Origin: Vicinamibacteria bacterium | GTDB taxonomy: Bacteria > Acidobacteriota > Vicinamibacteria > Marinacidobacterales > Marinacidobacteraceae | Reading direction: 5' to 3' | Assembly: GCA_963555995.3 (NCBI GenBank) | Contig: OY821641.1 | Location: 704,001-768,000 of the forward strand | DNA: 64,000 bases | Part shown: in pieces, positions 1-8,792 of the stretch | How positions within the stretch are numbered: the first letter of the stretch is position 1 | Layout of the letters: every line of letters starts with the position of its first letter | Notes under the pieces: generated by a model | Told to the model about the DNA's origin: nothing | Databases searched by the model: none | Seen by the model: the letters and a program-made list of their open reading frames with translations, nothing else | Position numbers and translations under genes: made by a program

Positions 1-244
1 CGCGGTCGCCCAGGCCGGCGGCCTGCTGATCGAGGCGTCGCATCGAATGCAGTTGATCGTGACGACGCACTCGGAGTCCCTGGTCTCGGCCCTGACCGAC
101 TGCCCCGACGCGGTCATCGCCTGTGAGCGGCCCGGCCCGGCCACCACCCTGCACCGCCTGGACCCCGCCCACCTCAAGCCCTGGCTCGAAGAGGGCCGTC
201 TTGGGGACCTCTGGGGGACAGGAGTGCTCGGCGCGAACCCCTGA
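1..244 (+). CDS. C-terminal part of AAA_21/ABC-type ATPase (5' end outside window)
   Basis: QLIVTTHS switch motif and LGDLW..G.LG.NP C-terminus typical of AAA_21 ATPases; followed 1 nt later by a DUF4276-like gene. Confidence 0.75.
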   Translation, partial: AVAQAGGLLIEASHRMQLIVTTHSESLVSALTDCPDAVIACERPGPATTLHRLDPAHLKPWLEEGRLGDLWGTGVLGANP

Positions 245-245
245 C

Positions 246-857
246 ATGGCCGGCATCGCCATCTACCTGGAGGGCGGCGGCGACGGGGCCAGGACCAAGC
301 GGAGTCTTCGTCGCGGGATGGACCGTTTCCTCTCGCCTCTCAAGGAAGCGGCCCGGACCCGGCGAATGCACTGGCGCCTCGGCGCGTGCGGCAGCCGCGA
401 GAACGCGTTCTCGCGATGGAGCCAGGACCCCGAAGACACCCGCTATCCCGTTCGCATTCTCCTGGTGGATGCCGAGGATCCGGTTCAGGGGTCGGCGGCG
501 GACCATCTCCGGCGGCGAGAGGGTTGGAAGTTCGGCGTTCACCAGGATCACAAGGTGCATCTCATGGCCCAGACCATGGAAACCTGGCTCGTCGCCGATC
601 CGGCTGGCCTTGAGGCGTACTACGGAGCACGGTTCCACCGGGCGGCCCTCCCGGTCACGCCGGACCTGGAATCCGTCCCCAGGAAACAAATGGAGGATGC
701 GCTCGAGAGAGCTACCGCCCGAACGCAGAAGGGCGGCTACCACAAGACCCGGCACGCTCCACATCTTCTTGAGCGGATCGCGTCCGAACGGGTTCGTCAC
801 CGCTGCGGGATGTGCGACCGTCTCTTCGCGGAGGTCGGCAAGCTCATCCGGGGGTGA
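246..857 (+). CDS. DUF4276-like (TOPRIM-like) partner of the AAA ATPase
   Basis: ATG at 246; IYLEGGG, LLVDAE, METWLVAD and YHKTRHA motifs. Confidence 0.75.
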   Translation: MAGIAIYLEGGGDGARTKRSLRRGMDRFLSPLKEAARTRRMHWRLGACGSRENAFSRWSQDPEDTRYPVRILLVDAEDPVQGSAADHLRRREGWKFGVHQDHKVHLMAQTMETWLVADPAGLEAYYGARFHRAALPVTPDLESVPRKQMEDALERATARTQKGGYHKTRHAPHLLERIASERVRHRCGMCDRLFAEVGKLIRG

Positions 858-1119
858 AGCCCCGCCGCGGGGATTGGCTGGGGCTCCGGCGCGGGGGTTC
901 GGGGGGCCGATTTCGGGGCCGTGATCCGGCGGCGGGTGTGTATACAATGGGAGGTCCTGCGGGAGACGGGGGCGCCGGTCGCGCCCCGCGGACCTCCCCC
1001 GAGCTTGCCGCCGTTGCGGTAGAAGTCCGCGCGTGATGTGTGGTAGGCTGTCGAAAGTGTTATGTCCGACAGTTCAAGCATTCCTTGAACTTCCAACACC
1101 GCACCGGGAGGTAGGTGAC

Positions 1120-3369
1120 ATGAAGTCGTTCACTGGCAAGTTCTCGTCCGCTCGCGGATGGGCTCTCTTGCTTGCGTTGTTCCTCGGCGCCGGCATGTTC
1201 GTCGCGGCCTGCGGGGACGAAGAGGCGCCAACCCCGACAACCCCGACGCCTGCTCCGGCGCCAGCCCCGGCCCCGGCCCCGCCGCCGGAGCCGGAGCCGA
1301 CCGGCCCTGCCGTCCCGGCGAACCTCCGGGTGTCGGATTCGACTTCCAACTCCATCACCTGGAGCTGGGACGCGGTGGAAGATGTGATCGGCTACCAAGG
1401 CCAGTTCAGCCCCGACGCCACCTTCACGGACACCGACCAGACGTTCCTCGTCGTCGCCCCGATGACCTCCCACACGATCTCGAATCTGCCGAGCAACACG
1501 ACGGGCCACTTCCGGGTCCGGTCGGGTGCGGGAACGTCGCTCACCGACCTGACCTATAGCGACTGGGCCGAGGCGGTTTCCGGCAGCACCGGCGACCCGC
1601 CGCCGGCCGTCGCGATCTCCGCGCCGACCGGCATCAGCACCGGCGACGCGCAGAAGGACTCCATCACGGTCACCTGGGATGAGGTGGACGACGCCGACAC
1701 CTACGAGGTCCAGCAGCGCGCGGCCGACGGCGAATGGACCGCCGCTTCCTGCGGGGACAGCGGCAGCAACGTGGTGAGCACGGAACGGTGCGTCGCCACC
1801 GGACTGACCGCCGGCACCGGCTACAACTTCCGCGTCCGCGCGGTCCCCGCCACCGACGCCACCGACAAGACGACGAGCGCCTGGGCCTCGACCGCCAGTT
1901 CCCTCTCCACGACCGGCAGCGCGCCCAGCGATCCGTCCTCGGGGGGGATGGGCGATCTGAACGTCCGCTGGCAGACCTCCGGAACGAACAACACCCACAT
2001 CCTGTTCATCTGGGACCAGGGAGAGGACTCGACCACTTACGAGACGGCTCTGCTGGAAACGTACAGCCACGCCGACGATCCCTGCCCGACCACTGGTTAC
2101 GGGGACAAGTTCTCGGCGACATCTCAGGAGGTTGAGCTCACGGCTCCCGGGTCTGTGCGTGGGTTGTGCGTGCGGAAGAAGGGCAGTTCGGATGCGTCCT
2201 TTGCCTGGGGCATAAATCCGCCGGAGGAGCCCAATGTCGTCGTCAGCTACCAGACGCCGGTCACGCCGGTCGTGGATTCGAAGAACAAGACCACGGAACT
2301 CGTCTGGGATGGTCTGTATTTCAAGACGGACTTCGACTACGAGATTCGCCTGGCTTCCGATCCGCTCCTGCCGGCGCGCGACAACAAATTCGGTAGCGGC
2401 ACGAAGCCAACCGACAGTGCTGTCCAGAGCGCCTGCGACGCCGGTATGGTCGTCAACGACTACACCCCGGACGCAAATCGGGGTCCCCTCTCCGAGACCG
2501 TGGACCGCGGACTGACGCCCAACACGGGATACCTGCTCTGCGTACGCGCATCGAACTCCGCCGGCACAACGACTTGGGCCGTATCAGCCGTGGACGACGA
2601 CAGTGACACAGCCTACAGCTCAGGGGATGTGCGAGAGACATTCACCCGACCTGCGGCGCCGCCGAACCCGAAAATGACCGGCGCCACGAGCACCCCAGCC
2701 ACCAGCGCCGCCAACGAAAAGCTGGCGCCCGCATGGGAAATCAGGACTCGCGACGCGCATGAAGTCCCGCGAAATGTCGTTGACTACAATCTCTCGGTCT
2801 TGTACGCCAGTGCAGCCAGCGCCAAGTCACTGACCGCCGCGGCCTGTAGCACCGACACGCCTCCGGCGGACTACGGAATCATCACAAGGTCCAATCTGGA
2901 CCCCAAGGACCTGGTTGATGTCTTCACCGCTACCGTTAGCGCCGACGATGCTGTCGAGCGCGACAACTACGCCCGGAGGGTGTATCTCTGCGCGCAGGCC
3001 AAGAACGGCACTACCAACGGCCAAGGGGTGGGATCGTGGACCATCAGTTCCGCGTACACGGTTTCGAAGCCGGCTGGGCTTTCCGCGTCCGTCAGCTTCA
3101 CGAAAACCAAGAATACCGGAGACCCGGTTACCTATGACGTGGATGCCGAGATCACCATCAAGAATTGGAACAAGCCTTGGAGCTATATCCTGGACGACCA
3201 CGACGGCAATGCAGATTCGTGCACCCCAGACCAAACCGGAGCAACTCAAACGCTTGACTGGGACGGTCTCGCGCTGAGTGCAAAACGCACCTTGCAGATC
3301 TTTGCCAGCCGTGACTGCGCCGAAGGTACGCGTCTGACAACGCAGGCCTACACGAATCCGAGTAGCTGA
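1120..3369 (+). CDS. Surface lipoprotein with Pro-rich linker, two fibronectin type III domains and a Cys/Thr-rich C-terminal region
   Basis: GGAGGT/AGGTG RBS before ATG 1120; lipobox VAAC; PAPAPAP linker; FN3 signatures (SITWSW...Y...FRVR; SITVTW...YEV...YNFRVRA). Confidence 0.85.
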   Translation: MKSFTGKFSSARGWALLLALFLGAGMFVAACGDEEAPTPTTPTPAPAPAPAPAPPPEPEPTGPAVPANLRVSDSTSNSITWSWDAVEDVIGYQGQFSPDATFTDTDQTFLVVAPMTSHTISNLPSNTTGHFRVRSGAGTSLTDLTYSDWAEAVSGSTGDPPPAVAISAPTGISTGDAQKDSITVTWDEVDDADTYEVQQRAADGEWTAASCGDSGSNVVSTERCVATGLTAGTGYNFRVRAVPATDATDKTTSAWASTASSLSTTGSAPSDPSSGGMGDLNVRWQTSGTNNTHILFIWDQGEDSTTYETALLETYSHADDPCPTTGYGDKFSATSQEVELTAPGSVRGLCVRKKGSSDASFAWGINPPEEPNVVVSYQTPVTPVVDSKNKTTELVWDGLYFKTDFDYEIRLASDPLLPARDNKFGSGTKPTDSAVQSACDAGMVVNDYTPDANRGPLSETVDRGLTPNTGYLLCVRASNSAGTTTWAVSAVDDDSDTAYSSGDVRETFTRPAAPPNPKMTGATSTPATSAANEKLAPAWEIRTRDAHEVPRNVVDYNLSVLYASAASAKSLTAAACSTDTPPADYGIITRSNLDPKDLVDVFTATVSADDAVERDNYARRVYLCAQAKNGTTNGQGVGSWTISSAYTVSKPAGLSASVSFTKTKNTGDPVTYDVDAEITIKNWNKPWSYILDDHDGNADSCTPDQTGATQTLDWDGLALSAKRTLQIFASRDCAEGTRLTTQAYTNPSS

Positions 3370-3385
3370 CCAACATCGCATCCTC

Positions 3386-3418
3386 GGCGGGGGCGGCTCA
3401 AGCCGCCCCCGCCTTTTT
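3386..3418 (+). terminator. Intrinsic terminator of the FN3 lipoprotein gene
   Basis: GGCGGGGGCGGC-TCAA-GCCGCCCCCGCC followed by TTTTT. Confidence 0.85.
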
Positions 3419-3484
3419 CGTATCCCCCATCCGCCGCAACTCCACCCCAGCTCCCATCCCTACCACCCCACCGCAACCCCACCC

Positions 3485-3520
3485 GCTTGGAACGCCGGTC
3501 TCCAGACCGGCGTTCCAAGC
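3485..3520. repeat. Palindromic REP unit
   Basis: GCTTGGAACGCCGGTC-TCCA-GACCGGCGTTCCAAGC; same core as the dispersed REP family. Confidence 0.8.
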
Positions 3521-3900
3521 CGTACGCGCCGCCTCGCGGGCCGCCGGTCAGGGGCCGCCGGTCATCCGCGTCCGAGCCATGGTCAAGAGCTCCGGTCCAT
3601 CCGCCCCGAGCTCCGGTCCATCCCTCCCGGACTCCGCGGTCGCCACCGCCCCGGCTCCCGTCGTGACCACCCCGGCCTTTTTCGTATCCCCGATCGGCAA
3701 GCGCCGCAAAACGTTGCACCGACCGGTCAGGCGCTTTCGATTCCGAACCTGACGTTGCGGTCCCCGCGCCAGCCGCGTCGGCGTCCGCGGGCGGACGCCG
3801 AGAGCTTGGCTTTGCGACCCAACGCGGCCCGGACCGATTCCCCCTCCCCACGTCACCCGTTCCGGCCATCGCTCCCGGCCGGTTCGGGTAAGGTGTCCGC

Positions 3901-4023
3901 ATGACGCGGCACCGGCTGCCCATCGGCATCGAGACGTTCCGGGAGATCCGGGAGACGGACTCCTGCTCCGTGGACAAGACCCCCTGGATCGGGCGGCCGA
4001 CGAACCGTAGAGGCAGGTGTTGA
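3901..4023 (+). pseudogene. N-terminal remnant of an AAA-ATPase-like (PF09820-type) gene
   Basis: Manual translation MTRHRLPIGIETFREIRETDSCSVDKTPWI...; matches the LPIGI.TF..IR....VDKT start of this family but stops after 40 codons. Confidence 0.65.
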
Positions 4024-4024
4024 C

Positions 4025-5044
4025 GTGCCGCAGGGGGAAGTCATCGGATGGATGGCGGTATGCGCCATCGGGATTACGTTCGTCGTCACGCTGTTGGCGC
4101 TGATCGGCGTCCTGAAGATCGGAGCCGGGTATCTCAAGGCGTTGTATGGCCTGGTGGTGGTCGAACTCGTGGGCGCGGGGTTCTTCCTCTTCCGGATGAC
4201 GTTCGAGCCGCCGGTTCCCGGCTTCGAACCGGACCTGCCCCCGGTCGTCTATCTGTTCGACGCCGCGGGGGAACCGCTCCCGGGCGCCGTGCTGCGGTCG
4301 GGAGAGGAGGTCCACCGCCAGTTTCCGAGAATGGAAGACGCCGCGCTGGCCACGGTGACGAGGCGGTTGCAGCCCGTCGGCGACCGCGGGGTGGCGGTCA
4401 CCTCGGAAACCGGGGCCGTCCTCGGGAGGGTTTCCACCGCGCCTCCCGAGGTGCGGGAACGGTTGCGCCCCTTCCGGGAAGAGTTCGCGCTCGGCATGTA
4501 CTACGCGGAATGCAGCGCCCTCGAGCCCGACGGCCAGTGTGCGGGCCGGCGCGACGGCGCGGGATCGGTCCGCCACCTGCTGGACGCGCTCGGCAAGCTG
4601 GAGGGTGGCGGAGAGGAGCGGGAGCGGGCCGTGCGGCAGTTGTTCTTCGTGCTGGACTACTTCTCCCGGTGCGAGCACTTTCAGCAGTACGTCGGCGAAG
4701 TGGAGGCCGTCCGGCCGCCGCCGGCGCAGTATCACGAACTTGCCGAAGCCTACGGAGAGTTCGCGCGCCGGACGGCGCGTCGGGGGAGCGAGGTCGCGAA
4801 CGCCCGCACGGCGGCCCTGAAGTACTACCTGGCCTACCTGGTGGAGACCGGGGACGGCAGCGAAAACCCCCTGGTCGAGCCGTCGCGAAGCGCCGCTCTC
4901 TCCCTCGTCACGATCCTGGCGTACGGAGACACTTCCCTCCAGTCCCGCCGGGACGAGATCGAGGAGTCCCTCGCCGCCCTTGACCGGGAGACGCTGGGAA
5001 TCCACGCCGCCGCACTCCGGGCCGAGCCCATTACCTGCCGCTGA
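4025..5044 (+). CDS. Hypothetical protein with two N-terminal transmembrane helices and a helical C-terminal region
   Basis: 339-aa ORF; hydrophobic segments at aa ~8-35 and ~38-57; codon usage fits coding. Confidence 0.65.
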   Translation: MPQGEVIGWMAVCAIGITFVVTLLALIGVLKIGAGYLKALYGLVVVELVGAGFFLFRMTFEPPVPGFEPDLPPVVYLFDAAGEPLPGAVLRSGEEVHRQFPRMEDAALATVTRRLQPVGDRGVAVTSETGAVLGRVSTAPPEVRERLRPFREEFALGMYYAECSALEPDGQCAGRRDGAGSVRHLLDALGKLEGGGEERERAVRQLFFVLDYFSRCEHFQQYVGEVEAVRPPPAQYHELAEAYGEFARRTARRGSEVANARTAALKYYLAYLVETGDGSENPLVEPSRSAALSLVTILAYGDTSLQSRRDEIEESLAALDRETLGIHAAALRAEPITCR

Positions 5045-5115
5045 ACGGTCCCGTCGCCCCGCCCTGGCGTGCGCGACACCCGCCCCGGCGAGCCGGCAAC
5101 CGGTGCCCATCGCCC

Positions 5116-5333
5116 TGGAGCGCCGGCTTCCGCCGGCACCCGCTGCGCGGAGCGCATTGGACGCACGACTCTGCCCCGCGCGATGGCGTTCGACTCGAGG
5201 TCCATCACCGCGAACAGCGGCACGACATCCGCGGGCCTTCGGCCCACGGTGCCGGCTGAAGCCGGCGCTCCGGGCCGGCGGCGCCAACGGCGCTGGTTGA
5301 CGTTCGCCCAGACGGCATTCTCACGGCAACTGG
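5116..5333 (-). mobile_element. Composite REPIN-like element (GCCGGC-TTCA-GCCGGC variant)
   Basis: Inverted REP pair around a ~115-bp spacer; CCAGTTGCCGTGAGAATGC flank on the minus strand. Confidence 0.7.
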
Positions 5334-5354
5334 CCGGCGCCCCGGCGCCGCGGG

Positions 5355-5540
5355 TCAGAGGCTCGGCAGGGGACCGTGGTGGATCTGGAGGAACGTCTCG
5401 ATGCGGGTCACCCGCTCGGTCAGCTTCCCGATCTCCTCACGCAGTTCGGTGATCTCCCCGCGCACCGCGGCGATTTCCCCGCGCATCTCCGTCCGCAGCC
5501 CGGCGATCTCGTCGTGCATCTGCTGCTGCATGTCCAGCAA
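5355..5540 (-). CDS. Small coiled-coil protein, possibly 5'-truncated
   Basis: Heptad repeats EIAGLRTEMRGEIAAVRGEITELREEIGKL. Confidence 0.5.
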   Translation of the reverse strand: MLDMQQQMHDEIAGLRTEMRGEIAAVRGEITELREEIGKLTERVTRIETFLQIHHGPLPSL

Positions 5541-5771
5541 CTGACCGCTGATCGCCGCGAACGCGACCGCCCCCGCCGTTTCATGACCGGCGGCGTGCGC
5601 GGGAGGACAGGCACCTGAGGGGCCTCCCGGTGGGGGCCGCGCGGGAGCGCTCGCGCGGCGTCGAGCCGAGACTCCATCGGGCGAGACTCGTCCCGCCCCG
5701 GCGGTCGCCGTCGCCCCGATAGTCCCAGTCCGCCGTTACACGGTCTCAGTCACGCAATCGGAAGGAACCGC

Positions 5772-6641
5772 ATGAGTTCAGCACAGACCGACGGCCCCGT
5801 GTGCGTCGCCGTCATCAACCTCAAGGGCGGCGTCGGCAAAACGACCCTGACGGCGCTCCTGGGAGGTTATGCCGCCGCACGGCTTGGGCTCGAGGTCCTC
5901 GCCGTTGACCTGGATCCGCAGGCGAACCTGTCCCAGGCGTACATGCGGGACACGTATCGGCAGTTCCTCCAATCGCAGGATCCGTCGGTTGTTGAGGTGT
6001 TTTCCGACATGCGCCCTCCAGGGGCGGGCAGACCTCCGAGCCGGCTTCGGATCGAGGACGCGGTGGTCGGCATCGGCAGGTACAGAAGGGGAGGGCGCCT
6101 CGATCTCATCCCCTCCCGGTTTGATTTTTCGAACCACCTGACGAAATCACTGAAGCCCGACGAAACGAGGCTGGCCCGCTGCATCGCGGAGCACTTCCAG
6201 CACAAGGACCTGATTCTCATTGACTGTGCGCCTACGGAGTCGGTGTTCACGATGGCGGCGTACCATGCCTCCCGCCACGTGCTTGTCCCCGTGAAGCCCG
6301 AGTTCTTTGCGACGATCGGATTTCCCCTGCTGAAGCAGTCCCTGGACGCCTTCCGCAACGCAAACCGGGGCCACGCCATTGACGTCGTCGGAGTCGCAAT
6401 CAACAATTCGTTCTACGATGGCGGCAACCGCGGAGGATCGGAAAAGAAGAGGGCAATGCCCGAGATCAGAGAGGAGGCCGCGAAAAACGGTTGGGAACTG
6501 TTCCGCCACGAGATCGAGCACTCCCGGGGTTACCCGAAACTCATGCGGGGCGACTACAAATGGCGCGGCAACGCAGCGTACTTCTACGAGTTCGCGGACG
6601 AGTTCTCTGGACGGCTCGGCATGAAGCGAAGGGAGCGATGA
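5772..6641 (+). CDS. ParA/Soj-family ATPase
   Basis: Deviant Walker A KGGVGKTT, DLDPQAN, IDCAP. Confidence 0.9.
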   Translation: MSSAQTDGPVCVAVINLKGGVGKTTLTALLGGYAAARLGLEVLAVDLDPQANLSQAYMRDTYRQFLQSQDPSVVEVFSDMRPPGAGRPPSRLRIEDAVVGIGRYRRGGRLDLIPSRFDFSNHLTKSLKPDETRLARCIAEHFQHKDLILIDCAPTESVFTMAAYHASRHVLVPVKPEFFATIGFPLLKQSLDAFRNANRGHAIDVVGVAINNSFYDGGNRGGSEKKRAMPEIREEAAKNGWELFRHEIEHSRGYPKLMRGDYKWRGNAAYFYEFADEFSGRLGMKRRER

Positions 6642-6648
6642 GGAGCCG

Positions 6649-7194
6649 ATGAAGGCGACCGAACTTCGCGCCGCGCTCGGTTCCCTCGTCGAGGAGCACG
6701 GCTTTCGCAAGGTGTCCCGGCTCCTCCGGGAGTTGGAAGCGGAGGACGGCCGCCCCCAGGCGACGCGGAGGCGAACGGCCGGGGAACGCATCGCTCTGGC
6801 GGCCGGCGCGTCGCGCCGCACCCGCCGCCCGGACTCCGCCGGGCCTCGCCGCCCGCCGTCTGCGGCGGACGCCGTGGGCCGCCTGGAACTGACGCCCGTG
6901 CGGGCGCGGCTGCTGGCGCGCGTGGCGCGGGCCTTCGACGAGCGCGCCTTCCTCCCCACGCTCGGCGAGGTGCGGCGCTTCGCGGAGACCTACGGGATGG
7001 AGGCGCCGCGCGCCCATTCCCGCGCCGCCGCCATCCCCGGAGTTTTCCGGTTCCTCGCGACCATGGACCCGCCGGAATTGGAAAGGATTCTCGACGACGG
7101 GCTTTTCGCCGGCCCCACCCGTCTCGGCCCCATCGCGGACGCGATCCGCCGCCGGGCGCGGCAGCTCCGGGAAACCGGCCCGCCCCGTCCCTGA
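6649..7194 (+). CDS. Hypothetical basic protein co-transcribed with ParA; no ParB motifs recognised
   Basis: AGGAG RBS; 7 nt after the ParA stop; 181 aa. Confidence 0.7.
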   Translation: MKATELRAALGSLVEEHGFRKVSRLLRELEAEDGRPQATRRRTAGERIALAAGASRRTRRPDSAGPRRPPSAADAVGRLELTPVRARLLARVARAFDERAFLPTLGEVRRFAETYGMEAPRAHSRAAAIPGVFRFLATMDPPELERILDDGLFAGPTRLGPIADAIRRRARQLRETGPPRP

Positions 7195-7288
7195 ATGAGA
7201 ATCGCCGTCGCTCCGCTGCGGTGGTTCCTCTTGACAGCCTGTGGTGAAACCGCCGTGAGCACCGAGACGGGCGAGGCGCCCGGCTGAC

Positions 7289-7597
7289 CCAGTTGCTGTG
7301 AAAATGCAGCCCCGGTGCGATGTCAACCAGCGCAAGTGGCGACGCCGGCCGGGAGCGCCGGTCTTCAGACCGGCACGCGCTGCGCGACCGCGCAGCGCAC
7401 GGCAGGACGCCGCCCCGCGTGATGGCGTTCGACTCCTGGTACATCATCGCAAAGAGCGGTACGACGTCCGCGGGCCTTCGGCCCGCTGTGCCGGTCTGAA
7501 GACCGGCGCTCCCAGCGGCGGTCCCAGCGGCGCTCCCAGCCGTCTCCGCCATTTTCATGCCCGGCGGGGTGTGCAGGAGGACCGCACATGACGGTTT
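7289..7597 (+). mobile_element. Composite REPIN-like element, full-length copy
   Basis: CCAGTTGCTGTGAAAATGCAG left flank; GGGAGCGCCGGTCTTCAGACCGGC and its inverse; CATTTTCATGCCC...GACCGCACATGACGGTTT right flank. Confidence 0.8.
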
Positions 7598-7629
7598 GTC
7601 CCGGTGGGGGCGGCGCGTGAGGGAGGGCA

Positions 7630-7805
7630 AATAGCGGCACGAGGTCCGCGGTGCCCGCGAGCACCAGCAGGAACGGATGTCTTCCCCGGGCGAGTTGGCC
7701 GGCGTTGAGCAGCGCCCGCCCGACCTCGAGATCCAGCGTGTGGGCTTCGTCCACGATCACGAGCAGCGGCGCCTTCCGGGCGCGCGCGAGCACCAGGTCT
7801 CCCAG
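7630..7805 (-). pseudogene. Internal fragment of an AAA-type ATPase gene
   Basis: PLLVIVDEAHTLD (Walker B) ... PFLLVLAGT; no Walker A or proper start. Confidence 0.55.
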
Positions 7806-7854
7806 CGGTGGTGGGCGGCCCGCTGCGCCAAGCCGAATGTGTAGAATAACGGGG

Positions 7855-8019
7855 ATGCCCCGCCCACGCCTGCGCAGCGACGCGGAGATCATCGCGGCGC
7901 TCCAGGAGCACCAGATGGTGACGCGGGCCGCGCGCGTCCTGGGGATCACTCGTGACGCGATCTACCGGCGCGCGCGGGTCTCGGCGGCTGTCGCGAGGGC
8001 AATCTACCGAAGCCGCTGA
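7855..8019 (+). CDS. Small Fis-like helix-turn-helix protein
   Basis: VTRAARVLGITRDAIYRR HTH; TAGAAT 7 nt upstream of ATG. Confidence 0.6.
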   Translation: MPRPRLRSDAEIIAALQEHQMVTRAARVLGITRDAIYRRARVSAAVARAIYRSR

Positions 8020-8042
8020 CCCTACCCAAAGGACCGCCAGTC

Positions 8043-8297
8043 ATGGCCTACACACTCGATACCGCAGCCGCCGCCGAGCGGATCGCCGCCGCCGGAATCG
8101 CACCGGAGGCCGCCCGGGCCATCGTTGCGGAAGTCGCGCGGTCCGATGCGGATCTCGCTACTCGCGCGGACCTCGCCGCTCTTCGCGCCGACCTCGAGGC
8201 CTCGATCCTGCGCCTGGAGCGCCGGCTGATCCTCTCGGGCCTCGCCGGTCTCGGGATTCTGTTCGCCGCCCTCCGCCTCACGGGAGGCGGCGCGTGA
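8043..8297 (+). CDS. DUF1640/CCDC90-like coiled-coil protein with C-terminal TM helix
   Basis: DT..AAERIAAAG...EAARAI, LATRADL, hydrophobic C-terminus. Confidence 0.7.
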   Translation: MAYTLDTAAAAERIAAAGIAPEAARAIVAEVARSDADLATRADLAALRADLEASILRLERRLILSGLAGLGILFAALRLTGGGA

Positions 8298-8472
8298 GCG
8301 CCGATTCGGAGATCCCCCACATGAATCCGTGTCGCAAGGAAGGAGTCCTCGATTCCGACATCGGCTGGTAGAGCCCCCTGCCGTGGCCGCTCTCTGATCG
8401 CCGGCCCCACGCCGGCGTTCTCCGGCTCGGGCTCGATGCGGGACCGCGGCGAAGGCGGGTGATGCGCCGCGC

Positions 8473-8718
8473 TCAGGGGAAGAACACGAGTTTGAGCAGG
8501 AGCGCCATCACGATGGGGCCGTACACGAACTTCAGCACCTTGATGTCCGCCTTGACCTCGGCGATTCCGGCTTTCAGTTCGGCCTTCACTTCGGCGAGGT
8601 CGCGCTTCGTGACGAGGTCCCCCCCGAACGGGATGGCGGCGGCGGCCGCCCGCGCGCGCTCGTCGTCCACACCGGCAGCGCGGAAGGCGTCATGGACCTC
8701 AGCGACGATGTGGCTCAT
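8473..8718 (-). CDS. DUF1640/CCDC90-like coiled-coil protein with C-terminal TM helix
   Basis: AFRAAGVDDERARAAA, LVTKRDL, ELKAGIAEVKADIKVLK, TM tail. Confidence 0.7.
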   Translation of the reverse strand: MSHIVAEVHDAFRAAGVDDERARAAAAAIPFGGDLVTKRDLAEVKAELKAGIAEVKADIKVLKFVYGPIVMALLLKLVFFP

Positions 8719-8792
8719 GCACGAAATCTAGCTCTAGCAGGGCCGGCAAACGAACACGCCGGAACGCGCTCGAAGGGAGCGGCGGTCGGGGG

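Noticed and set aside
3412-3692. Short duplications (GCCTTTTTCGTATCCCC twice; GAGCTCCGGTCCATCC twice)
   Set aside because: Probably scars of local rearrangement; no periodicity or associated gene
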